DNA of 64,000 nucleotides from Cyanophora paradoxa CCMP329 (taxonomy: Eukaryota > Plantae > Glaucophyta), in the NCBI GenBank assembly GCA_004431415.1, contig QPMI01000682.1, positions 84,248 to 148,247 on the forward strand, written 5' to 3'. Below the pieces are notes generated by a model. The model did not search any database, had not been told where the DNA came from, and worked only from the letters and a program-made list of their open reading frames with translations. Position 1 is the first letter of the stretch. Every line of letters begins with the position of its first letter. Shown in pieces: positions 51,827 through 61,410 of this stretch. The translations under genes and the position numbers were made by a program.

Positions 51827-54800
51827 GGATACCCCCCGTGGGAAAAAAACAGGAAGGCGCCTGCCAACCCGCCTAGCTCGCAGCGTAGCGCTGCGTGCGC
51901 GATCACCAGTGCGAGAGTAGAGGCCGCGACAGCCTAGGTAGCGTCCGCCGCGATGTCTGCGTAGGTATGCCGGCCACTCTCTCCAAACCGCCCCGCCAAC
52001 GCGGCAACATCGCCCGGGAGTCCCTGGGTGATGTAACTGCAAGCAGTTACCGCGTCTCACGCACACCCTGGACCGCCCTCTTGAATCAATCTCCTTGCCG
52101 AGCTACGTCTGGCCTCCCTGGCCACGCCTCGCCATACACCCGCTGCCGACCCGCTCTCTACCGACCCGCTCTCAGACCCGCCTCCTCCTCCTCCCCAAGC
52201 GCCAAGTCGCTGAGGCTGGGCAAGCCGCATCGCCCATTTCCCGCCCAGACGCGCATTTAGCGCCCCTTTCCTGCGAGGCCGCTACTGTACGTGTCAGCTG
52301 TAATTTGACGGCTTCCCGAACGCAGACTTTTGAGACTTGGACGATGCGGCGCACAGGCGACGGGTCCGGGGCGGCTAGGCACACGCACGCCTGGAACCAC
52401 GTGCACGCGCATCTCTGGGCAGCCAGATGTGACCAACTAGCTGATCAGTCGGACCGCTGCGCGCGTCCCGCCGAGCACAGACATCCTCCAACCCTAGACG
52501 CTGTCCGACCCCCCTAACGTGTCTGCCGCTGTAGACGTCAACACTAACGCTCCGGGGCATATCTCGTTTGGCGACCTTTTCCCAACCACCCATTACGCCT
52601 CAGGGAGCCCCCTCATAGGCCCGCCCCCATCGCTCATGCGCCACAAGCCGGAGGGGAATCTCAGGATGATGACCTTTAACGTGCGGGGCACGTCCGAGGG
52701 CCGGCTTCAGCAGGCCGAAGACTTCGCCGTGAAATGGGGGGTCGACGTGATGGCTCTCCAAGAGCTCTCAGTCACGCGCGCCGAACTGCACTCGGCGCTC
52801 TTCACCCCGGCAGCGGAGCCCGGCGAGCCCCCCAAGAGCTCGATCACGCGGGGTCGCCTAATCCACTCAATTAAGAAAACAAAACCGAAAGGAAACGGAG
52901 CGGCGCTATGGGTGGCGGCGCCCTGGGCGCGGCACATCGCGCGCCACTATCACTACCCGGGCCGGCTTGCCGGCTGTGAAATGCGCTTCAAGGGAAACCG
53001 CCAGCTCTTCGTAGTGAGCGTATACATGCCGGCCACCCAGCGGAAGCCTGAGCACAAGACCGATCAGGCGGCGCTCCTCGAATGCATCGAGCGCATCTAC
53101 GCGGACTTCCGATCGCGCTCGACCGCGCACCTCATCCTTCTCGGCGACTGGAACTCCGTGAAGACGCCGGCCACGTCCCGCATCCGCGCGGGACGGTTCG
53201 TCCAGTCCTGGACGCCGGAACGCGAGTGGTGGGGAAAACTGACCGGCACCTGGGCACTAGTTGACGCGGCGACACAGAAAGGCCACGAACACGAAGTTAC
53301 CTTCATCAGGCGCGGCCCGAGCCAGCACGGCGCCGAAGAGGATGGCGGGGACGACGGCGCCGACGACTCGGACTCGGAACAGGACCAGCAAATGGACGGG
53401 CCCGCCGTCGCCGAAGGCGCCGCGGTCATCTCGGCAGGACGTATCGATGCGGTGTTGCACTCTGCAGGTCTCGCGCCAGCGCTCCTGGCGGTGCACCCGC
53501 TGCCGCCAGAGGTGGCGCTACCGCACCCCTCTGACCACTTCCCGGTCATGGCCGACTACGATCTGCTCAAAGCCGAACTCGTCAGACCGCCCGCGGGCGA
53601 TGCCCGCCCGGCGCACCCGCCGCCGCTCTTCGCACCGCACCTACTTGAGAAGGAGAAGCTGCCGGCCTTCCGAAAGGCTGTAGAAGACCGTCTGCAAGCC
53701 CTGGAAAGCGATCTTGAGAAAGCGCTAGGCGCGGCGGGCACGGAACAAGAGCGCAGGGACCGGGTCAGCTCTCTCTACCGACAGGCCACGGAGGCGGTGC
53801 TGACGCTCGCTAAGGAACACAAATGCTTGAAAGCCCGCGGATCGCGCCGCCCACTCGCAGAGCGGTGCCGTGGCAGCTGGTCATGTCCAAGAAAGTGGAG
53901 CGCCTGATCGCTGGATGGACTGTTGAAGCGCCCGGAGGCTTGCCGTCGGCCCCGCTGGTCGCCCGGATCGAGAAACTGGAGGCTCTCATCAAAGGGCTCG
54001 TCCCCGGACCCGAACCCATGCCCCGCCGCCCCGTACGCGACGCTGACGACGAGGCGCCGTTCCCGGGGCGCTACGTAGCGTGGCGGCTGTACTTCCGGTC
54101 GCTGAACGCATGGCGCAACCGCGTCCGCCGGCGCCACCAACACGAGACGCGCGCAGAGAAGCAGCGACAGATCCAGGAATTCGTTACTGCGCGCCAGGCC
54201 CGGTTTGCAGACCCGCGCAAGCTGCGCAGCTATCTAGACTCCATTCTGGAGCGGTCCAGGGGGGAGCCGATCATGCACGTCACCCGCCTGGCGCGCGAAG
54301 GCAACTTCTATGAAATTTACACGGCCCCGAGGAGGTGAAGGCAGTGATGGCGGAGCACTGGCGTCAGTGGTGTGCGAAGAGAAACCCCTGGTAGGGTGCA
54401 CAGCGGACTTAATACCCGACTCCCAGCTCGCCTTCCTGCCCCCGACTTCTGGCGCGCGCTCTACCGCCCCTCGGGACGCACGTGGCGACCGCGGAAGCCT
54501 TCGCGGGAGTCATGGCTGAGCCTACGTACGAAGAGCTAGGGGCACACGTGCGCTCGCTCACGGATGGAGCGGGAGGGCCCTCCAACTGCACGAACGCGAT
54601 CCTGAAGACGCTCTGGAACCCGACCTGCCGGACGCCATGGATCCAGAGGCGTACCCCCCCGCGGTCGTCGGCTCCTGATGGCCATCGTCTGCGAGGCCCT
54701 CCGCCTGCGCGACCTGCCCGCCGAGATGTGTGAGAGCAATATCTTCGGGATCCCAAGAACGGGAGCTGGGACGGAGACATTGAAGGGAACCTCCGCCCGA

Positions 54801-57800
54801 TCACGCTGCAGGAAGTTGGCCTCAAGCTAACGACGGGCCTCGTCACGAAACGGCTAGCCGAGGCCATCGAGAAGCACGGAATCCTTAAGGGGTAAATTAT
54901 GGCTTCAGGAAGGCTAAGGCGACAGATGATGCCCTTCACCTAATGGTCGCTATTCTAGAGGACGCTAAGGAGCACCGCAAGCCCATCTACCTCTTGCTAC
55001 AGGATATCAGACGGGCGTACGATTCAGTTTCCTGGGCCAGCATGGAGCTCTCCCTCCGACGCATCGGGGCCCCGAGACGTACATCGACCTGCACCGCAAC
55101 ATATTCGAACGACGCCGGGCGCGAGCTATCACGGGCCACGGACTGTCAGACGTGTTTGAACTCGAATGTGGGCTCCCGCAGGGCGGCATCGAATCCCCGC
55201 TCCACTGGCTCATCTTCTACGATGCCTTGCTCTGCGCTCAACAAGAATTGGACAGGCTCGAGCAGGAAAAGGGGGCGCGGGGGTCGCGTACGTCATGGGC
55301 ATGGGCGAAGACGACGCGGACTTCGCCCCCGCACGGGTGACCGGGAGCGCCTACGCGGACGACACGCAGTGGATGAGCGGATCGGCCGAAGGGATCCAGA
55401 TGCTCGCGGACGTGGCGTCTGAATTCTTCCGCCTGCACGACATCGCCGTCAACGCGCGGAAAACAGAGTTTGCGTACAACAACGTCTCACCCGAGCCTGC
55501 ACCCCCGCTGCTCGGCAATCCCGCGTCCCGGTCGGCAAGAAGCTGAAACCGGGCGAGCATTTCAAGCTGCTCGGCGTCTACCTGACCGCGAACCTGTCGT
55601 GGAAGGAGCAGATCAGACAGATGGAAGCGCAGGCTCGCGAGACGGTGGCGGTCATAGCTCGTAAGCAGCTGACCGCGCAAGAGGCCTGCTACGTTGTCGA
55701 GGCCGTCGTGCAGGCGCGGATCGCCTACGGGCTCAAAGTGACGCCGCTCACAGAGAGGCAGTGCGATCGCCTAGATGCCATCTGGATGCGCGTGGTTAAG
55801 CACCATGGGGCCTGGCGGCATCGACTTCCAACTACGCGCTCTGGAGCCACGGCACGTACAGCCTGCCGCGCACAGCGCACCTGATGGCCAAGAACCAAAT
55901 CACGGATCTGCTCGTCCGCCTCTGTGGCGAGCCGGAAGAGCTGCTATCTCAGGTGATGATGCACCGCATCCGGGACCTCCAGCGCAAGCTAGGCGTCCCG
56001 CTGCTGCCGACCGAGTTCCTGAACGCCCCAGTGTCACGCCAGCTTGCTCGATCGAATGCGATCGCCGCAGTGATGCCGCTCCTGCAGCGCCGGCTCTACC
56101 GGATCCAGTCCAACCACGCCCGCTTCTTGTTCACGCCGTACCCCCCCGCAGCCACTTGGCCCGACCCGCGGAACTGCGCCGGGAATTCGTGCTTACCTCA
56201 CACATTCCCCGGGAAGTGTTCAGCACGGCTGCGCCCGCCCTCCACCGCGCACGGCTCTACTGGATGTCCGACGTCACGGCGCGCGATGGGGAACGCCTCT
56301 GCACCTGGCGAGACCTGCACCTCCGCGCCCCCCGCGGCACGCTCCCTTGGGCAGCGCCCGCCTGGTGGAAGGCGGTGGCCAAGGCCCTCACGATCGACGG
56401 GCGCGGTTCGGGCGCCCTCCGATACCCATGCGGCAACCGCCCGGTACCCCTTCCTCGGCCATGGTACAGCTTCCGGGCGGGCAAGGAAGTTAATTCACCA
56501 ACCGGGAGACTTCGTCTGCTACTACGACCTCGCAACGATTCACGAGACGGATGCGGTACCGGAAATCGGCCGGGTCCGCTCCGCTGAGGCCGAGGCCGGC
56601 AGCCTAGTAGCGACGGAGTGCCGGCTGGAGCACTGGGTCCCCGTCCCAGAAGAGGCCGACGACGAGGCCAACGGAGCCTACTGCCGCTGCGATGGCCACT
56701 GTCAGCTCGGACCCGCGAAGGGCCGCCCGCCCCAGCTGCGCGCCGCTTTAATATCGTACCGGGAGAGGGCCGCCGCCACTGGCACGACAACCACGTCTGC
56801 CCTCAAGGCGCCGGCGCGGCCTGCCGGGCGACGAGCACCTGCGATGACGAGGGCAAGTACGGGACGGCGGTGGGAGGATGGGTAGAGCACGCGTCCGCAC
56901 TCTGCACGATCCCCGGCACGGTGGAGCTAGTAGAAGTGTCGGGCGCCCCGTGGAAGAATGCGAGGGGCAGGTACAGACGCGCTCGGGGCGCGCCAGTCGC
57001 CAGGTCCTGCGCCAAGCCCGTCTTGAATACTTCAAGCCCTTCAGGCAGGCGGCCGCGACCATCACTGCGCACCGATGGCGGATGCTGCTGCAGGCAAAGC
57101 AGGAGGGCGATGAGAGGGTCAACTGGCACCTCCTCTCCGAGCCCGACGCCGCTCACCTCGCCACGCTCGAGGCGAACCCGCCCGACTTGCCCCCCTGCCG
57201 CAAGATGAAGCGCCCCGGTCAGCTCCAACAAGGAGGCGCGCGAGCTATACTACTATCAGGCCGATCCGTACAGTTGGGTTGCATACCTGGAGACCTGGAA
57301 GGGCCTCGAAGCCCGCTACCGCAAAGAGCACCTGGAGGCCGAGGCGGCGTCCGGCGGCTCATACGTGGCCGACGCCCCAGCGTACGCCTGGACGGACGGG
57401 AGCCTGAAAGAGGGCCAGACGGTTAACGCTCGCGCGGGCTACGCAGTACACTGGCCGGAAACGGACCTCAGAACTGGCGCAAGCCTGCACCCGCCGGGTA
57501 TCCTCACGGACTTCTTTGCCCGGCTCCGGGCCTGCAGGAGATCAACAAGGCGGAACTCCAGGCGGCGCTCATGGCTGACCTGCTCTCGCCTTTCGGAGCG
57601 GTTCTACACGTCGACAACATGAACGCGATCCGCTGGTATTCCGATTTCGTCCAGCACGCGAGCTGCCGCAGCCCGCGGGAATACATCCGGCACGCCTGCT
57701 CCGCGGAACTGTACGCATGGAGCAAGCTCAGGACAATGCTAGAGGAGCGCGGGCGGCCGCTCAAACTCGTCAAAGTCAAAGCGCACGCGAAGGGCGACGC

Positions 57801-60097
57801 CCGCGACCCCACAACGACATCGCGGACGCCGGAGCGAACGTGGCGGCCGACCTGGATCTGGCGGACGAAAACCGGCATGAACCTCTCTTTCTGCCGCCGG
57901 CCTTCAGCATGCCTGCGGTGCTCACCATCAGCGACCCCGACGGGCGCACACGACGGGTGGAAGGGGACCCCAAGGCACACATGGACGCACTTCACGAGCA
58001 CCAGACGCACTTTGCCTGGACCCAACAACCGCTGGCTGGCGCGCTCCTGCGCCGAAGCGCCGACGGCGCAGACATAGCAGGGCTATATGCGGAAACGAGC
58101 GTAGGCTCCCGATTCCAAGGAGCCAATGGAGCCCGCAACGCGCTATTCAAGTTTCGGACGCAGCTGCTCTGTAGCTCGCTACCAGCGAACGAAGTCCGGG
58201 TACGTGACCAGAAGGAACTCTACGCCGCCTGCAACCCTGGGGGACGCTGTGCGGGCTGCGCCACCAGAACGCCTTTCCCTCGTGCAGAGACTAGCGGCCC
58301 GACAGCCTCACAGAACAGCCAGACTGCACCAGAGGCCTCGCATGCCCAACCAGCAGCGGGCCCCAGCCGCCCGAACCGGGCACCGACGGCTCTTACCGCA
58401 GGCCCGACTGAAACTTTCCCGCACGTCTTCCTGTGCCCGGGTCCGCATGCGGTCGCGCACCGCGCGGAGACTGCTCGCGAACTGAACCGACTTCTGCTCT
58501 GCGCATACAGAGAGGCCCACGGACTCACAGCGCCGCCAGCAGGAGCCCTCCTTGCCCCCGACCTGGTCCCAATCTTCCTCCGCGTCGCGGACGACGACGC
58601 CGAGGCGCGCAGCTACGATGGTAGGCCGTACGCGTACCCGCGCCTCTGGGTGCTCCAGGGCCTTGCTCCGCAGAGTCTAGAAAGCGCCCTCGCACGCTGC
58701 CTGAACCTTGCACCCCGGTACGCGGCACGCGCAGCTAAACGCGTTCGGCAGACGCTTCTGGAGCGGGCCCGACGCCTCTGGTCACGTCGCTGCGAAATCA
58801 ACGCGGAGTGGGAACGCGACTGCCGCGTCTCCCAGGCCTCAAAGAAGCGACCGCGCCCGCCCCGCACGGGCGCCCGCGCCCGAGAGCGGGCCCGCGGCCC
58901 CGGACCTGTAAGGAAGTCTGCGCCGCCTGCGACGGGCCGATTCGCCTTCACAATCTACTCAACGCCGCTCGGAACGCAGACTGCCCACCGGAGTACGCGG
59001 GCTGGAAGGCGGCGCTCCGCGCCCAAGAGCTCTACGATTGCGTCAAGGTACGCCCTTGGGAGCCACATCCTAGCCCGCTCTAAACGGTACCCCGAGTCGC
59101 GCGAAAGGGGGGGGGGGGGGGGGGGGGCTACGTCGGGAGGAGACTCTCGACACCACCTACCTACTACTTCACCATACCTAGTCCTCGAGAAACTTCCCTG
59201 CTCTACTCTTAGCCTCGCACACACTAGATATAGCCGCCCCGTCCGACTCGCTGGCCCCGCCCAAGCGAGCGCCTGCCTTGCCTCCCTCTCCCGTTCTGCC
59301 CTCCTGCTCGCTCTCTTGGCCCTGCCTCCCACTCACGACCTCGCCAACGCTCCTCGCGCCTCGACAGGGAGGGAACGATGGACCGGAAGGCTTGGCGGAA
59401 GGCTTCGGCTGGTCGTTGCACCCACCAGATACCCCGGCCATCGTGCCAGGACCGTGGGTTGAAGGACCGCCGCGGAGGGGGCTCGCAATTGCCCGCGGCG
59501 GGGTGCGGCGGCTGGTTCGAGGCTGGAAGCCCTGCTGACCGAGAAATCCGACCCTCCCCCTCCCCGCCACGGCCGGCGCCGACCTTCTCCGTCCCGCCCC
59601 ACTTCTTCCCCGCAACGTCCCCCTCGCCTCATTCCCCTCGGCCCCTCTACGCCGACGTGCTTCCACCCGCGCTTCGGGCGAGCGGCCCCTCGACGCGGAG
59701 CCCGCCGCGCTAGCTGTAGTCGCGGCCGCGTCGAGAGTAGGCAGATTAGACCGCGGGTCCGTCCTGGCTTTCCTACCGTACAGTAGAACAGCCCGCGAGC
59801 TCCGGACGTCCCGACGGTCCCTAGGCAGGCAGCACTAGCAGGCAGCACTCGTAGACCCCTGGGTAGTCCTCTCTGTAGCCTAGTCCTAAGCTAGGCTAGA
59901 TGTATAGGTAGTAGCTCTCTGCTCTGGGTTAGCTTTGCTTTAGTTTACGTCTCCTTGACTAGCTCCACCCTGTCCGATGGCTGATAGGTTCCCTACCCGG
60001 CGTAACCAGTAGGCTCATCTTTCGACTTGACACTTTACGGACACCTCAGTTCTATCATTAGCCGTATTGTCTCGGTGTGTGCGAATTCATTGATAAA
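51827..60097 (+). mobile_element. Full-length non-LTR retrotransposon (inner copy, same family, opposite strand)
   Basis: Starts GGATACCCCCCGTGGG like the outer 5' end; ends ...ATTCATTGATAAA; TSD AGAGAGCGGGTCGGC at 51812-51826 and 60098-60112. Confidence 0.92.
52519..59083 (+). CDS. LINE polyprotein APE-RT-RNase H-Zn finger (frameshifted)
   Basis: MMTFNVRG, LGDWN, SDHFPV; AYDSV, PQGG, YADD; WTDGS; stop at 59083. No ORF1 is seen upstream. Confidence 0.9.
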
Positions 60098-60510
60098 AGA
60101 GAGCGGGTCGGCAGCGGGTGTATGGCGAGGCGTGGCCAGGGAGGCCAGACGTAGCTCGGCAAGGAGATTGATTCAAGAGGGCGGTCCAGGGTGTGCGTGA
60201 GACGCGGTAACTGCTTGCAGTTACATCACCCAGGGACTCCCGGGCGATGTTGCCGCGTTGGCGGGGCGGTTTGGAGAGAGTGGCCGGCATACCTACGCAG
60301 ACATCGCGGCGGACGCTACCTAGGCTGTCGCGGCCTCTACTCTCGCACTGGTGATCGCGCACGCAGCGCTACGCTGCGAGCTAGGCGGGTTGGCAGGCGC
60401 CTTCCTGTTTTTTTCCCACGGGGGGTATTCCCAAGATATACACAGATTATCGATTGATTGAAATAGAATATACGAGATATATCAACAAAATCAATTAAGA
60501 TTAAGCCGAG

Positions 60511-60538
60511 GGTTAAAACTCCGCATTTTACTATGTGT
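60511..60538 (-). repeat. Right terminus of segment C (outer arm of the 28-bp inverted repeat)
   Basis: GGTTAAAACTCCGCATTTTACTATGTGT at the AT-to-GC transition. Confidence 0.9.
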
Positions 60539-61410
60539 CAGGCGGGCTCTGGTGGGGGGTGTAGATGGGGTTGCCCCCGCCGAGGGCGAAGAGGACCTTG
60601 GTGGCCGCCTCAATGGCGCGGTAGATGTGAAGGGCACAGGCCGCCGATGCGTTTGCCGCTGCCTCGTCGCCGGTCTTCCGCAGGCGCTGCGCTGACTGCA
60701 GGCTGATGAGGAGCTGGAACTGGGCGGCGCCCTGGATCTCGACCGCAACGTCGGCGGCGGCAAAGGCCATGTGCCAGGCGGAGGAGGAGCCGATGGTGCG
60801 GAAGAGGTCCTTCATCGCCAGGTCGTTTGTCTTGTTGAGGATGCTGACCGGCAGGAACCCCTCCCGCACCTTGCGGGCCTTGGTGAGCTGCTCCGCGGCG
60901 CTGCTGCGGAAGTCGAGGAACAGCGTGTTGAGGTTGAAGGAGCCGAGGAGGGCGTCGATTGCCTTTGACGTAGTGTAGGCTGCCATGGCGCCCTCTTTGG
61001 GTGCAGGGTCGCGGTGCTCCTTGGACTCGAGCTCGGTCGTTGACTGGTTGGAGGCCAGGACGTTCAGGTTGGAGTTGATGGTGCCGATCGCGGTGGAGAT
61101 GGAGCCGGTGAGGGGCTGCAGGCCTTGCATGGCCGCCTGCACGGCCCCCACGGCCATCTGCGAGAGGGCCGGGCCTAGCGCCGCCGCGATGCTTGCGCCG
61201 TCGAGGAAGGGGGCCGGGCCGGCCGGGGCCGAGCTTGAGCTCGAGCCAGCGCTAGCGCTGGCGTCGGCGCTGGCGCCACCCGCCGGCTGGGCCGTCGGGA
61301 TCGCTGGCGGGGGCGGCAGCGCGAGCCAGTCGGAGGCCGCCGAACTCGAGCCGGCGCCGGCGCCGGGCGCCGCCGCGTGGCTGCTGGCGCCGCTCGAGCC
61401 CGAGACACGA
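60539..61410 (-). pseudogene. Fragment of a GC-rich host or transposon ORF, cut on one side by the virus and on the other by a LINE 3' end
   Basis: Open frame with natural-looking composition (Ala/Ser-rich linker, then a globular region); neither a native start nor a native stop is visible. Confidence 0.5.

Larger units (their letters stand above)
43872..60432 (-). mobile_element. Full-length non-LTR retrotransposon (outer copy), interrupted in its 5' UTR by the inner copy
   Basis: Poly(T) at 43870-43878; TSD AAGATATACACAGATT at 43856-43871 and 60433-60448; 5' UTR portion at 60113-60432. Confidence 0.92.
26444..60538. mobile_element. Endogenous virus segment C (about 15 kb viral DNA plus about 20 kb of retroposed inserts)
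   Basis: MCP 5' half, pentons and structural module; AT-rich subterminal DNA resumes at 60433 and ends ...TTTTACTATGTGT at 60538, followed abruptly by GC-rich DNA. Confidence 0.8.

Noticed and set aside
14100-59083. Frameshifts as programmed recoding or as proof of pseudogenisation
   Set aside because: Most are single-base indels in homopolymers and differ between the two near-identical LINE copies, typical of long-read error; they cannot be interpreted without reads.
43872-60097. Giant inverted repeat as a long-read fold-back artefact
   Set aside because: Both copies have their own TSDs and the displaced 5' UTR piece lies at 60113-60432, as expected for a true nested insertion. Read confirmation is still desirable.
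12264-60097. Diversity-generating retroelement acting on fibre tips
   Set aside because: The RTs are LINE-type with APE, no template/variable repeat pair with adenine-specific changes is visible, and tip divergence affects whole domains.
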